From: Candidatus Borkfalkia excrementipullorum
Lineage (GTDB): Bacteria; Bacillota; Clostridia; Christensenellales; Borkfalkiaceae
Assembly: GCA_019115565.1 (NCBI GenBank)
Contig: DXDH01000071.1
Location: 27,375 to 91,374 of the forward strand
Length of the DNA stretch: 64,000 nt
Direction of reading: 5' to 3'
Every line of letters starts with the position of its first letter. Position 1 is the first letter of the stretch. Under the pieces are notes generated by a model. The model was not told the origin of the DNA. It searched no databases and worked only from the letters and a program-made list of their open reading frames with translations. The position numbers and the translations under genes are program-made. Positions 44,681-55,641 of the stretch are shown here, piece by piece.

Positions 44681-45627
44681 ACCGTTCCCCTCCCTTGCTG
44701 CTCTCCGTCATCTTCCTGCGGCAAATTTTCACGCACATCAGCCGTTTTCGGAGTATCCTCTCTCTGTACAATCCGCACGTCCATCTGATTGAACGGAATG
44801 GATATCCCCTGCGCTTTCAAATCATTGAAAATCTTGTCCGTCAAATCGTACAAAGTATCCCAATAATTCTCATTGAGCGCCCACGCGCGGGCCGAAAACA
44901 TCAACGCGCTCGCCCCGTACTCCTTAAGAACGACCGAGGGAGCGGGCGCCTTTACGGTATACTTGTATTCGGTCAACGAATTCAGAATAATTTCCCTTAC
45001 TTTTCCCGTATCGGCATCATACGGCACAGGGACGTCGATTACGACGCGGCGGAGGGGCATTGCGCTGTAATTGATCATTTTGGTGCTCAATATTTCGCTG
45101 TTGGGAATAATTATCTCTTCGTTGCTGTATGTGAGAATTTTTGTATTAAAGAGGCGGATATCCTGCACAAGCCCGTCATATTCGTTGATTTGGACATAAT
45201 CCCCCTTCTTGAATGGCTTCGTAAAGATTATAATCACCCCGTTGGCAAGGCTTCCGAGACTGTCTTTCAATGCCAGCGCAATCGCCAAGGCAACGGCAGA
45301 AAATCCCGCGATGATTCCCGCCGTAGAAAACCCGAGGGAACTGACGAGGATAATAATTAAAGCCACATACAGGATAACTGTAACGACGGAAATGATGAAC
45401 GAAGCTGCCGCGTTATCGAGCCGGCTGCTCCGCAGCGTCGCATTGCGGGTGATCGCCTGAACGATTTTTATAACCACCAAGCCCAATACGAGAAAAGCGA
45501 GCGTCCGCACAATCGCCAGCCCCGTATTTTCCGCAAAATCTTTTCCGATTTGCTGCAGTGTTTCCCAAAACCCGAGGCCCGTTTCCGATGCGGGCGCCTC
45601 TGCCGATTCTGCCAATAATTGATACAT
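44677..45627 (-). CDS. mscS: Small-conductance mechanosensitive channel
   Basis: 3 TMs; ALALKDSLGSLANG, KPFKKGDYV, IPNS, GISIPFNQ. Confidence 0.92.
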   Translation of the reverse strand: MYQLLAESAEAPASETGLGFWETLQQIGKDFAENTGLAIVRTLAFLVLGLVVIKIVQAITRNATLRSSRLDNAAASFIISVVTVILYVALIIILVSSLGFSTAGIIAGFSAVALAIALALKDSLGSLANGVIIIFTKPFKKGDYVQINEYDGLVQDIRLFNTKILTYSNEEIIIPNSEILSTKMINYSAMPLRRVVIDVPVPYDADTGKVREIILNSLTEYKYTVKAPAPSVVLKEYGASALMFSARAWALNENYWDTLYDLTDKIFNDLKAQGISIPFNQMDVRIVQREDTPKTADVRENLPQEDDGEQQGRGTV

Positions 45628-45639
45628 GTTTCCTCCGTG

Positions 45640-46920
45640 TTATAATGCGGAAATCAACCTGTCTCTTCGCGCTTCGCACTCCGCATATATTTTATCCAAT
45701 GTTTCGCCGATATAAAAATTCCCGCGGTCGTAGACAATCTTCCCGCCCGCGACGGTCATAAGGACGTCGGACGTATCGGCGCTGTAAACGAGGCTTTTGC
45801 GGATATCGGATAAAGGCCGCATATTCGGCGCAGACAAATCGAGCAGCGCCATATCCGCAAAATACCCTTCCCGCAAAGCGCCGCCCGGAAAACCAAGCGC
45901 CGCATACCCGTGTTCCGTTGCCGCCGCGAGCGCCTGCTCCGCGCTCACCGCGGCAGCGTCTTTGAGTGCTTCCTTTTGCAGACAGGAAAAAAGATACATC
46001 TCGCGGAACATGGAAGCGGCGTTATTGCTCGCCGTTCCGTCTGTTCCGAGCGCGGGCATAAGCCCCTGCGACAGCATACTGTAAACGGGCGCAATTCCGG
46101 ACGCAAGTTTCAAATTGCTCGCGCCGTTGATAACGGGCGTCACTCCGCTCTGCTTTAATAAGGCTATATCATCTTTGTCGCAGTACACGCAATGCGCGGC
46201 AAATCCTCCGTTATCAAAAAAGCCGAGTTTATGCAGATACTGCGGCGGCGTCAGCCCGCCGTGGCGCACGGTACATTCTCCGACTTCCTTCAATGTTTCC
46301 GACAAATGGATATACGTCTTTGCTCCGCTTTCCGCGGCAAAATCCGCCACCTTTGCTATCAGGCTCTCTGCGCAGGTATATTCCGCGTGAAGCCCCGGAA
46401 AATAGCGAATTCTGTCTGACATAGTATTATATTTCGAGTAACATTCTTCGATAAATCGGAGAACGTCTCCCTCCGAATCGGACATTGAACCACCGCACAG
46501 CGCGACGCAGAGATTTGCATTTTTTGCCGCCTCACAGACGGAATCGATGTAAAAATACATATCCGCAAAGCAGGTGATACCGCCCCGCACGTATTCGGCG
46601 ATTTGCAGCATCGCTCCCCAATACATATCCTCGGGAGTCAGATGTTCCTCCAACGGAAATATCCGGTCGTTCAGCCATTCGTCCAACGGCATATCGTCGG
46701 CAATCCCGCGGAACAGGCTCATGGCGGCGTGCGTATGCGCATTGCAAAAGCCGCTCATCAGCAAATTGCCTCCGCAGTCGATTTGCTTTTCTGCCAGATT
46801 GGCAAACGCGCCGCGCTCCCCGATTCGCGCGATCCGGGAATCCTCCGTTAAAATTTCGCCGTCGAAAATATCTTCCGACGGTGAAGGTAAAATCTTTGCA
46901 TTGTAAAAACGGTATCGCAT
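45640..46920 (-). CDS. mtaD: Amidohydrolase, MTA/SAH deaminase-like
   Basis: NAHTHAAM, HAEYTC, IHLSET, AHCV, SNLKLASG, LGTDG.ASNN. Confidence 0.75.
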   Translation of the reverse strand: MRYRFYNAKILPSPSEDIFDGEILTEDSRIARIGERGAFANLAEKQIDCGGNLLMSGFCNAHTHAAMSLFRGIADDMPLDEWLNDRIFPLEEHLTPEDMYWGAMLQIAEYVRGGITCFADMYFYIDSVCEAAKNANLCVALCGGSMSDSEGDVLRFIEECYSKYNTMSDRIRYFPGLHAEYTCAESLIAKVADFAAESGAKTYIHLSETLKEVGECTVRHGGLTPPQYLHKLGFFDNGGFAAHCVYCDKDDIALLKQSGVTPVINGASNLKLASGIAPVYSMLSQGLMPALGTDGTASNNAASMFREMYLFSCLQKEALKDAAAVSAEQALAAATEHGYAALGFPGGALREGYFADMALLDLSAPNMRPLSDIRKSLVYSADTSDVLMTVAGGKIVYDRGNFYIGETLDKIYAECEARRDRLISAL

Positions 46921-46927
46921 AGTTTTT

Positions 46928-47812
46928 TTATTTCAGCTTTGCCGCAAGCTCCAACAAATAATCTTTGAACGGTGCGCCCAGCTCCTTATCGCGCAGCGCA
47001 TATTCCACGTTCGCCTCCAAAAACTCCAGCTTATTGCCCGCATCGTACCGCTTGCCCTCAAAGCGACAGCCCATCAGGCGCCCCTGCGAGGCGAGGTACT
47101 GCAGCGCGTCCGTAAAATACACTTCCCCCTTCGGCGACGGCGGCGTATTGCGGATGATATCGTAAATATCCGATTCAACGACATAGCGGCCAATTACGGC
47201 ATTGTTGGAAAATTTATCCTTTACGGCGGGCTTTTCCACTATTTTGTCGATTGCATACCGCCGCTCGCCGATTTCCTCGCCGCGAATGTTGGCATATTTC
47301 GGAATATCCGCATCGGGTACTTCCATAACCGCTACAGCAGGCTTGCCGGTGTCGTAATAGCAATCCACCAACTGAGCGATTCCCGGCTTCGTATTTTCGT
47401 CCGTATAAATGATATCGTCGCCCAGCAAAATCGCAAAAGGCTCGTCCCCCGTGAAAGCGCGCGCATACATAACCGCGTCAGCAAACCCCGTCGGGTGTTT
47501 CTGCCGCACGAAATACATATTGACGAGATTTTCCATTTCTCGGGAAATTTTCAAAAAGTCGCTCTTCCCGTCCTGCTCCAAAAGCGCGTCTAATTCGGGC
47601 GTGTAGTCGAAGAAATCCTCCAGGATTTTTTTGTTCCTGCCCGTGATAACCAGGATATCTTCTATCCCCGCCGCAACGGCCTCTTCGACAATGTATTGCA
47701 ACGTAGGTTTATCGACAATCGGCAGCATCTCCTTGCAAACCGATTTTGTTACCGGCAGGAATCTCGTCCCGAACCCGGCCGCAGGAATAACGGCCTTTGT
47801 GATTTTTTTCAT
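46928..47812 (-). CDS. galU: UTP-glucose-1-phosphate uridylyltransferase
   Basis: KAVIPAAGFGTRFLP.TK...KEMLPIVDKP, LLGDD, VEKP. Confidence 0.95.
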   Translation of the reverse strand: MKKITKAVIPAAGFGTRFLPVTKSVCKEMLPIVDKPTLQYIVEEAVAAGIEDILVITGRNKKILEDFFDYTPELDALLEQDGKSDFLKISREMENLVNMYFVRQKHPTGFADAVMYARAFTGDEPFAILLGDDIIYTDENTKPGIAQLVDCYYDTGKPAVAVMEVPDADIPKYANIRGEEIGERRYAIDKIVEKPAVKDKFSNNAVIGRYVVESDIYDIIRNTPPSPKGEVYFTDALQYLASQGRLMGCRFEGKRYDAGNKLEFLEANVEYALRDKELGAPFKDYLLELAAKLK

Positions 47813-47836
47813 GAAAAAAGCTCTCCGTTTCGATTT

Positions 47837-48466
47837 TTATTTTGTACCGAACAGGCGGTCGCCCGCATCGCCCAGCCCGGGCACAATGTAGGCATGGTCG
47901 TTCAATTCTTTATCCAGCGCCGCGATAAAGATATCCACGTCCGGATGCGCCTTTTGCAGCGCTTCCAAGCCCTGCGGCGCGGCGATTAAACAGCAAAATT
48001 TAATGTTGGTGCAGCCCCTGGCCTTCAAAAATCCGATTGCCGCCGCGGCACTGCCGCCCGTCGCGAGCATCGGGTCGACGACTATCAAAGTCCTCTCCGT
48101 CGCGTCTGCGGGAAGCTTGCAGTAGTACTCGACCGGCTTCAAAGTCTTCGGGTCGCGATATAAACCGATATGCCCCACTTTCGCATTGGGAACGAGCTTC
48201 AGCATGCCGTTGACCATGCCCAGCCCCGCGCGCAGAATGGGAACGATGCCGATGCTTCGGCCGGACACCGTCTTTGCGACAGTCTTGCAGATAGGTGTTT
48301 CCACCTCGATATCCTCCAACGGGAGGTCTCTCGTCACCTCATACGCCATCAAGAGCGAAATTTCCTCCGCAAGTTCGCGGAAATCTTTCGTGCTGGTATT
48401 CTTATCGCGCAGCATCGTAATTTTGTGCTGCACGAGCGGATGGTCCATTACAAAAACTTTAGCCAT
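47837..48466 (-). CDS. upp: Uracil phosphoribosyltransferase
   Basis: [39 protein letters not shown]. Confidence 0.98.
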   Translation of the reverse strand: MAKVFVMDHPLVQHKITMLRDKNTSTKDFRELAEEISLLMAYEVTRDLPLEDIEVETPICKTVAKTVSGRSIGIVPILRAGLGMVNGMLKLVPNAKVGHIGLYRDPKTLKPVEYYCKLPADATERTLIVVDPMLATGGSAAAAIGFLKARGCTNIKFCCLIAAPQGLEALQKAHPDVDIFIAALDKELNDHAYIVPGLGDAGDRLFGTK

Positions 48467-48499
48467 AGTAAATATTCTCCCTTATTGACATTTTTATGT

Positions 48500-48949
48500 T
48501 TATTTAAAATATTTTTCTTCGATTGCTTTAATTTTATCGATGCGGCGCTGGTGCCTTCCGCCCTCAAATTCGGTATTTAAGAAGGTTTCCACGATTTCCA
48601 GCATCAGCCCGTCGCCGATTATCTTCTGCCCGAACGCGAGCATATTCGCGTCGTTGTGCAGGCGGGTGTATTTCGCCGAATAGGTATCATGGCAATGCGC
48701 GCAGCGGATTCCCTTGACTTTATTCGCCGCTATGGAAACGCCGATGCCCGTGCTGCAAACCAAAATACCCCTCTCGCATTCCCCGCTCGCAACGGCTTCC
48801 GCCGCAGGAAGAACAAAATCGGGATAATCGCACGACTCCGCCGTACAAGTGCCGAAATCCATAATTTCGTAGCCATTCTTTTTCAAGTATTCGAGTAAAA
48901 CATTTTTCAGAGCCAAGCCACCGTGGTCACATGCAACGGCTATTTTCAT
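48500..48949 (-). CDS. rpiB: Ribose-5-phosphate isomerase B
   Basis: ACDHGG, DYPD, CSTGIG, ANKVKGIR, HNDAN, GGRH.RR. Confidence 0.96.
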   Translation of the reverse strand: MKIAVACDHGGLALKNVLLEYLKKNGYEIMDFGTCTAESCDYPDFVLPAAEAVASGECERGILVCSTGIGVSIAANKVKGIRCAHCHDTYSAKYTRLHNDANMLAFGQKIIGDGLMLEIVETFLNTEFEGGRHQRRIDKIKAIEEKYFK

Positions 48950-48972
48950 CGTATAAAACCTCCAAGTTCAAT

Positions 48973-49422
48973 CTATTTCATTTCTTCGGCCGCAAAAAAT
49001 TTTTCAATTATCGCAATTGCCGTCTGCTGCAGTTCGTCGGCGGCACGGCGGTACTCGTCGAGCGTTCCGCCATAGGGGTCGTTCACATCGAAACCGATGA
49101 TATCGCTCACCGCATAAACATTTCCCGAGCCCTTCAGCAAGTCCTTCTGCTCCCGCGTCATGCAGACGACGAGAAAACTCGTTTCAAGCATCTTGTGCTT
49201 CAGTTGCCGCGGATGAAATTTGGAATAATCGATTTTCCGCTCGTCCAGGCACGCGGCGCTGAGCGGATGAATCGAATCGCTGTCCGCCGCAAATATACCC
49301 GCCGACGCGGAGTCGACAAACTTAATTTTTCTCTTTTTAATCTCCGCGCGAAAAATCGCTTCCGCCATCGGGCTGCGGCAAGTGTTTCCCGTACAGACAA
49401 ACAATACTTTTCTGCGCTTCAT
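48973..49422 (-). CDS. ywlE: Low-molecular-weight protein arginine/tyrosine phosphatase (YwlE-like)
   Basis: FVCTGNTCRSPMAE P-loop, DPYGG; ywlC-ywlE-rpiB-upp synteny. Confidence 0.85.
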   Translation of the reverse strand: MKRRKVLFVCTGNTCRSPMAEAIFRAEIKKRKIKFVDSASAGIFAADSDSIHPLSAACLDERKIDYSKFHPRQLKHKMLETSFLVVCMTREQKDLLKGSGNVYAVSDIIGFDVNDPYGGTLDEYRRAADELQQTAIAIIEKFFAAEEMK

Positions 49423-50420
49423 TTTTCTTCACCGGCACACGCCTTGCACAACCTGTTCAAAACGCCGTCCATCACGCCGCCCCGCTCTTTGGGCTTGACG
49501 GCAATCAAGACGTCCGCTTTTCGCTCGGCAAGGCGCAGCAATTTATAGAGATTGGCAGCCATCTCCTGCGCAGTCTTTCCCAGCAACAGCGTATGCTCTG
49601 CAGGAAAGATATCCGCAGCACCGTCCTCGCACAGCACGAAGACGCGCTCAGCTTTTTCAGCATATTCCCGATAGCAAGCGAGGGCGCGAACCGCTTCCTC
49701 CGCCTCAAACAAAAAAGTACGGCAAGCGGGCGCATAGTGCTTGTACTTCATCCCCGGCGAGCGCACCTGCTCGCCCGTTTTCGGAACGTACAAATCGCAT
49801 CTGCCCGCGACTTCCGCTATCATTTCCCTCGAAACGAGCCCCTGCCGCAAAACGACGGGATATTCGCCCGTTACGTCACACACAGTACTCTCGATACCGC
49901 CCGAACACATGCCTCCGTCCAAAATAAGCGGAATTTTTCCCATCAAATCGTCGTAAACGTGCTGTGCCGATACGGGGCTGACATGCTTGGATATATTCGC
50001 CGACGGCGCAGCCACGGGAATATCGACATACCGCAAAAACTGCTGTGCGCAGGGATGCGACGGAACGCGCACCGCGAGCGTATCCAACCCGCAGGAAACC
50101 TTTGCGCTCACAGCCCCCCTGCTCTTATAGACCAAGGTCAGCGGGCCAGGCAGAAATGCCTTCCGAAGCCGAGCCGCATACGGCTGAACGTCCTCCACCA
50201 GCGATGCGATATCAAAATCCTGATGCACGTGAACGATGAGCGGGTTATCGGACGGCCGCCCCTTCACGCGGTATATATTTTCTACCGCCGCGTCGGAACG
50301 GGCATCCGCTCCCAACCCGTAAACCGTTTCGGTCGGGAACGCGACCAATTCGCCGGATAAAAGCAACGCCTTTGCCCTTGCCAACGATTCTTTTCCGAGC
50401 GGCAATATCTCCGTAACCAT
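49419..50420 (-). CDS. sua5: L-threonylcarbamoyladenylate synthase (Sua5/YwlC)
   Basis: AFPTETVYGLGA, KGRPSDNPLIVH, APSAN, SPGMKYKHYAP. Confidence 0.95.
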   Translation of the reverse strand: MVTEILPLGKESLARAKALLLSGELVAFPTETVYGLGADARSDAAVENIYRVKGRPSDNPLIVHVHQDFDIASLVEDVQPYAARLRKAFLPGPLTLVYKSRGAVSAKVSCGLDTLAVRVPSHPCAQQFLRYVDIPVAAPSANISKHVSPVSAQHVYDDLMGKIPLILDGGMCSGGIESTVCDVTGEYPVVLRQGLVSREMIAEVAGRCDLYVPKTGEQVRSPGMKYKHYAPACRTFLFEAEEAVRALACYREYAEKAERVFVLCEDGAADIFPAEHTLLLGKTAQEMAANLYKLLRLAERKADVLIAVKPKERGGVMDGVLNRLCKACAGEEK

Positions 50421-51910
50421 CACAAGTCCTCCTCATCCGGAGGCAGCTCTTCGTCCGGCGGCTCGCCGAAGCTGTCCAATGCGTCGTCGTAGGAGGCGTC
50501 GAAACGGTCTTCCTCGTCGCTCTCCTCCGCGCCCGAATGCCGCTCCTCGTCCGGCTCATCCGGCAAAAATCCGGGCGGAGGGTTGACGTAGCGAACCTGG
50601 TCGCCGCGGAAGCGCAGCTTCACCCTGCCCAATTCGCCGTTTCGGTGCTTTGCGATAATGAGGTCGGCGGCGTCTTTGATAATTTTCCCGCTCTTGATTT
50701 CCTCCTCCGTCGCAGCGACGTCGGGGCGGTGAATAAACATGACCATATCCGCGTCCTGTTCGATTGCGCCCGATTCGCGCAAGTCGGAAAGCTGCGGCTC
50801 CTCTTTGGAGGAAATACGGCGCAACTGCGAGAGCGCCAGCACGGGAACGTCGAGCTCCTTCGCCATTATCTTCAAATTTCGGGTAATCGACGCGATTTCT
50901 TGCTGGCGGTTTTCCTCGCTCCGGCGCTCGCCGCTGCCCATGAGCTGGATATAGTCAATCATGATGATATCCAACCCCTCTTTGCGCGACTTTAAGCGGC
51001 GGCATTTGGAGAGGATTTCCGCGGGCGTGATTTTGGAAGAATCGTCGATATAGATTTTCGCCTTTTTGAGGTCAGAACTCGCCTTCCAGAGTTTTTTCCA
51101 ATCGCTCTGCGAAAGCTCGCCCGAAAGCGCCTTCGACATGCTCACGCGCGCATAGGAACATAAAAGCCTCTGCGCCAGCTGAATACGCGGCATTTCCAGA
51201 GAGAACACGGCGCAGACCTTATTGTCTACCAGCGCGGCGTGCTCGATGATGTTCATGCCGATGGTCGTTTTACCGACGCCCGGGCGCGCCGCAAGGACGA
51301 TAAAGTCGGACTTTTGCAAGCCGTTCGTGATTTTATCCAGCTTCGTAAAACCCGTATTGACGCCGCGGAGCGCATTTTTATCGGTGGAAATCACCTCAAA
51401 CTTATTCAACACGCGGTCGTAGCTGTCGTCCTCGCGCATATCGACGAGCGTGGACGTATCCATCTTTTTCGAGATGTCAAAAACGAGCTTTTCCGCGTAT
51501 GCAACGCTGTCCGCCGAGTCGGCACCCTCCATCGAGTTTTCGATGATTTTCTGCGACGCCTTGATAAGCCGGCGGTTGACGCTGTCGCGTTTGACGATAT
51601 CCAGATACGATTTATAATTCGCCGCCGACGGCGTGATTTTGGCAAGGTCGGTTATGTAGGTAATCCCGCCCGCCTTGTCCAAACTCTTTTCGTTTTCCAA
51701 CTCATCCGCGAGCGTCACGAGGTCGACGGGCTTTCGCGCGTTGAATACAGCCTTCATCGCCCCGATAATGAGGCGGTGCGATTCCTGGTAAAAATCGTCC
51801 TCCGTCAGCTTATCGAGCACGTCCGTCTGCGTATCCACGTCAATCAAAAGGCAACCGAGGAGAGCCTGCTCCGCCTCGAGGTTGTTGGGTAAAATATTTG
51901 TTTTCGCCAT
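50420..51910 (-). CDS. dnaB: Replicative DNA helicase (DnaB family)
   Basis: EAEQALLG, AARPGVGKT, FSLEM, IDYIQL, LSDLRESGAIEQDAD, KHRNG; acidic tail; ATG at 51910. Confidence 0.95.
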   Translation of the reverse strand: MAKTNILPNNLEAEQALLGCLLIDVDTQTDVLDKLTEDDFYQESHRLIIGAMKAVFNARKPVDLVTLADELENEKSLDKAGGITYITDLAKITPSAANYKSYLDIVKRDSVNRRLIKASQKIIENSMEGADSADSVAYAEKLVFDISKKMDTSTLVDMREDDSYDRVLNKFEVISTDKNALRGVNTGFTKLDKITNGLQKSDFIVLAARPGVGKTTIGMNIIEHAALVDNKVCAVFSLEMPRIQLAQRLLCSYARVSMSKALSGELSQSDWKKLWKASSDLKKAKIYIDDSSKITPAEILSKCRRLKSRKEGLDIIMIDYIQLMGSGERRSEENRQQEIASITRNLKIMAKELDVPVLALSQLRRISSKEEPQLSDLRESGAIEQDADMVMFIHRPDVAATEEEIKSGKIIKDAADLIIAKHRNGELGRVKLRFRGDQVRYVNPPPGFLPDEPDEERHSGAEESDEEDRFDASYDDALDSFGEPPDEELPPDEEDL

Positions 51911-51926
51911 CGTTTTTCCCTGCCCT

Positions 51927-52484
51927 TCAGTCCGCGCGCGGCGGCTTTGTGCGAAGGTTCTTCTTTTCGCGGAACCGCTTGCCGAGCGAACGGAATATTT
52001 CCGCCAACTCATCTGCCGAGCCTTCCGTGATGTTCGACTTGTTTAAAATGAGCACCTGCGATTTTCCGATATAGATGTAGAAATACTGCTTTGTCTCATG
52101 AATTCGCGGAACCTGCGAATACGGTATTTCCAACTCTTCCGTGTGCTTCCCTGCCTCGATTTTCAAGCGAAACGACTCCTCTTCAAATTGAAAGAACTGT
52201 TCCGTTTTCAAATAATCGGGGTTTTGGGTTACCTTTTTGTCAATCTTCGCGTTTTGCATCGCAAGCGTTATGAGCGGCAACGCGATGGCCGCAACGAACA
52301 GTATCGCCGCCCCGGCATAGAGCGCGGCATTTTTGACCGCTATTCCCACGCAGAGCAGCATAACCGCCGCGAACAAAAACAAAATCGGATACGCATACGC
52401 CCGCACCCCGCGCGCGACAAATTGATGAAAGGCACACAATCTTTTATATTCCGGAAGATTATTCCTGTGAAAAGCCTTTACCAT
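51927..52484 (-). CDS. YcxB-like membrane protein
   Basis: Two TMs then Y..V.RIHETK.YFYIY......LILNK pattern. Confidence 0.75.
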   Translation of the reverse strand: MVKAFHRNNLPEYKRLCAFHQFVARGVRAYAYPILFLFAAVMLLCVGIAVKNAALYAGAAILFVAAIALPLITLAMQNAKIDKKVTQNPDYLKTEQFFQFEEESFRLKIEAGKHTEELEIPYSQVPRIHETKQYFYIYIGKSQVLILNKSNITEGSADELAEIFRSLGKRFREKKNLRTKPPRAD

Positions 52485-52489
52485 ACCGT

Positions 52490-54265
52490 TTATTTCATCA
52501 TCTCTTCAAAGCGATTCAACGTGTCTTCAAACTCTGCCATCGCCGCATCGAACGACTGCGGTTTCGTCAAATCGACGCCCGCAATCTTTAACAGCTCGAC
52601 GGGGCTGTCGCTCCCGCCCGAGGAGAGAAACGCCTTGTAATCGGCGACGGCTTTCGCCCCCTCCGATAAAATCCGGTTGACGATGGAGATTGCGCTGATA
52701 ATCCCCGTCGCGTATTTATACACGTAAAAGGAAGTATAAAAGTGCGGAATCCTCGACCATTCGTAAGCGATTTGCTCGTCGTGGACAATCGCATCGCCAT
52801 AATACAGCTTATTCAGCTTCAGATATTCGGCGCACAGATTTTCGCTCGTGAGCGGCGTGCCCGCCTCCACCAGGCCGTGCGCGACTGCTTCAAATTCCGC
52901 AAACATCGTCTGCCGGTGCAGCGTCGTGCGGACGGTATCCAAAAAGTAATTGAGCAGATATTTCTTCATATTCTCATCCTTCGTTTCGGAGAGAATATAT
53001 TTTAAAAGGAGCATTTCGTTGACGGTGCTGGCCACCTCAGCGACAAAGATGCGGTAATCCGCCTTCGCATACGGCTGATTGGCGTTGGAGTAATATGTGT
53101 GCAGGGAATGCCCCATTTCGTGCGCGATGGTAAAAACGTCGTGCGTGGTCTTTTGATAATTCAAAAGCACAAAGGGATGCAGCCCGTAGATGCCCGTGCT
53201 GTACGCACCGCTGCGCTTGCCCGCCGTTTCGCATACGTCCACCCAGCCTTCAGCAAAGCCCTTTTTAAGGAGAGAGCAATATTCTTCCCCTAAAGGAGAA
53301 AGTCCCTTGACAACTAAATCGCACGCGTCCTCGTAGGAAAGTTTCAGCTCCGCATCCGCGACCAACGGCGCATAGATGTCGTACATGTGCTGTTCGTCCA
53401 GCTTCAAAATCTTTTTGCGGAGGGCGATATATCGGTGCATCGCGGGGAGATTTTTGTGCACGGATTCAATCAGATTGTCATAGACGCGCACATCGACGTC
53501 CTCGCCCTCCAGCGCCCGCCGGAGGCAACCCTCATAACCGCGCGCGCGGCTGAGAAACACGTCCTTTTTGACGTTCCCGTAATAGGTCGCCGCGATGGTA
53601 TTGGTCAAGCCGATGTACGCTTCATAATAGCGCTCGAAAGCGCGGCGGCGAAGTTCCCTGTCGTCTCCGTGCAAAATCACGCCGTACATACCGTGCGTGA
53701 GGGCAATTTTCCCGCCCTTTCCGTCGTCGATTTCGCCGAGCTGAATATCGGCGTTGTCAATCATGGAAAAAATATTCTGGAACTGCGAATACACCTCGCC
53801 GCCCATTGCAAGCAGCGTCTCTTCCTTTTCCGATAAGACGTGTTTTTTGCTTCGGATGAGCTGTCTGAGAAAATAATCATAATCTTTGAGCTGCTCGCTC
53901 GCCAGATAACCGTTCAAAACGGATTCGGGCAAAGCAGTCAGCTCTGGTTCGGCGAAAGCCGTTTCGGATGAAAAGCGAACAAACAGAGACATGGCGCGCG
54001 ACTGCATCGCCGTGTATTTCGCGACGCGCGAATCCTCGTCGTGGCGCATATGGGCGTACAAATACAATTTCTCCAGCTTCGCGCCGACCTCTTCCTGCTT
54101 TTTGAAAAAGCCGCACAGCGCCTGCAAATCGCCGAGCTTGCCCTTAAATTCGCGGAAATCTATCTCCTTTTCCGCCAGAGCATAGCCCTCTTCCCACGCC
54201 TCGTCGGAGGAAAAAATATCCTCCACTCTCCATTTGTATTTGCTTTCGACTTCGCTTCTCTCCAT
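52490..54265 (-). CDS. pepF: Oligoendopeptidase F
   Basis: GKRSGAYS, TIAHEMGHSLH (HEXXH), FVAEVAST, WSRIPHFY, YVYKYATG. Confidence 0.96.
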   Translation of the reverse strand: MERSEVESKYKWRVEDIFSSDEAWEEGYALAEKEIDFREFKGKLGDLQALCGFFKKQEEVGAKLEKLYLYAHMRHDEDSRVAKYTAMQSRAMSLFVRFSSETAFAEPELTALPESVLNGYLASEQLKDYDYFLRQLIRSKKHVLSEKEETLLAMGGEVYSQFQNIFSMIDNADIQLGEIDDGKGGKIALTHGMYGVILHGDDRELRRRAFERYYEAYIGLTNTIAATYYGNVKKDVFLSRARGYEGCLRRALEGEDVDVRVYDNLIESVHKNLPAMHRYIALRKKILKLDEQHMYDIYAPLVADAELKLSYEDACDLVVKGLSPLGEEYCSLLKKGFAEGWVDVCETAGKRSGAYSTGIYGLHPFVLLNYQKTTHDVFTIAHEMGHSLHTYYSNANQPYAKADYRIFVAEVASTVNEMLLLKYILSETKDENMKKYLLNYFLDTVRTTLHRQTMFAEFEAVAHGLVEAGTPLTSENLCAEYLKLNKLYYGDAIVHDEQIAYEWSRIPHFYTSFYVYKYATGIISAISIVNRILSEGAKAVADYKAFLSSGGSDSPVELLKIAGVDLTKPQSFDAAMAEFEDTLNRFEEMMK

Positions 54266-54274
54266 GCCGAACTC

Positions 54275-55630
54275 CTAATTTTTATTGCTGTGAATGGGCG
54301 CGGGAATTCTTCCCCCGCGCAGGATGAACCGCGAGCTGTCCGTCGTGTTGACGGGCATAATCGGCGCCCTCCCCAAGAGTCCGCCGAACTCTACGCTGTC
54401 GCCCACGTCTTTGCCCGGTACGGGAATGACGCGAACCGCCGTCGTCTTGTTGTTAATCATGCCGATTGCCGCTTCGTCCGCGATAATCGCGCTAATCGTC
54501 GTGGCGGGCGTCTTTCCGGGAATGGCAATCATATCGAGGCCGACCGAACATACGGCGGTCATTGCCTCCAATTTATCGATATTCAGCAGCCCTTTTCCCG
54601 CCGCGTGAATCATGCCGATATCCTCGCTGACGGGGATAAACGCGCCCGAAAGTCCGCCGACGTGCGAGCTTGCCATCACGCCGCCCTTTTTCACCGCATC
54701 GTTGAGCATGGCGAGCGCCGCCGTCGTACCGTGCCCGCCCACACATTCCAGGCCGAGCTCCTCCAGAATATGCGCGACGGAATCGCCCATGACGGGCGTC
54801 GGCGCGAGCGACAAATCGACGATACCGAATTCGGCGTTTAACCGCTTTGCCGCTTCCTTTGCAATCAACTGCCCCGCACGGGTAATTTTAAACGCGGTGC
54901 GCTTGATCATCTCGGCGGCTTCATTCAAATTGGCGTCCGGGATATTCTCCAGCGCGTGCTTGACGACGCCCGGGCCGGACACGCCCACGTTGATGACCGT
55001 GCCGCTCTCGCCCACGCCGTGGAACGCGCCCGCCATAAAGGGGTTGTCCTCCACCGCGTTGGCAAACACGACGAGCTTTGCACATCCGAGTCCGTCCTGC
55101 GCGGCGGTCAGCTCCGCCGTGCGCTTGACGATTTCGCCCATCTGCTTTACGGCGTCCATGTTGATGCCCGATTTCGAAGAGCCGATATTCACGGAAGAGC
55201 ATACGCGCGTGGTCGACGCCAATAATTCGGGGATGCTGTCTAAAAATATTTTTTCGTAATCGGCCGTGCCTTTATGCACGAGTGCGGAATATCCGCCCAA
55301 AAAATCGATGCCGAGTTCGTTCGCCGCCCTGTCCAACGCCCGGCCGATCAAAACAGCCTTTTCGGGGAACGGCGCGCAGATGAGGCTGACGGGCGTCACC
55401 GAAACGCGCTTATTGACGATGGGAATGCCGTATTCCCCGGCGAGCCTGTCCGCTACTTCTACAATATTTTCCGCCTTTTTGCAGACGGTATCGTAAACAT
55501 TTTTTGCCGTCTTTTCGGCGCTCCCGGCAATGCAGGGCAACAAAGAAATGCCCATCGTAATCGTGCGGATATCCAAATGCTCCCGCTCAATCATGTCGAT
55601 GGTTTCCAATACGTCAAATTGATTGAACAT
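54275..55630 (-). CDS. UPF0210/DUF711 (PFL-like) protein
   Basis: [53 protein letters not shown]. Confidence 0.92.
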   Translation of the reverse strand: MFNQFDVLETIDMIEREHLDIRTITMGISLLPCIAGSAEKTAKNVYDTVCKKAENIVEVADRLAGEYGIPIVNKRVSVTPVSLICAPFPEKAVLIGRALDRAANELGIDFLGGYSALVHKGTADYEKIFLDSIPELLASTTRVCSSVNIGSSKSGINMDAVKQMGEIVKRTAELTAAQDGLGCAKLVVFANAVEDNPFMAGAFHGVGESGTVINVGVSGPGVVKHALENIPDANLNEAAEMIKRTAFKITRAGQLIAKEAAKRLNAEFGIVDLSLAPTPVMGDSVAHILEELGLECVGGHGTTAALAMLNDAVKKGGVMASSHVGGLSGAFIPVSEDIGMIHAAGKGLLNIDKLEAMTAVCSVGLDMIAIPGKTPATTISAIIADEAAIGMINNKTTAVRVIPVPGKDVGDSVEFGGLLGRAPIMPVNTTDSSRFILRGGRIPAPIHSNKN

Positions 55631-55641
55631 GTCCGTCCCTC

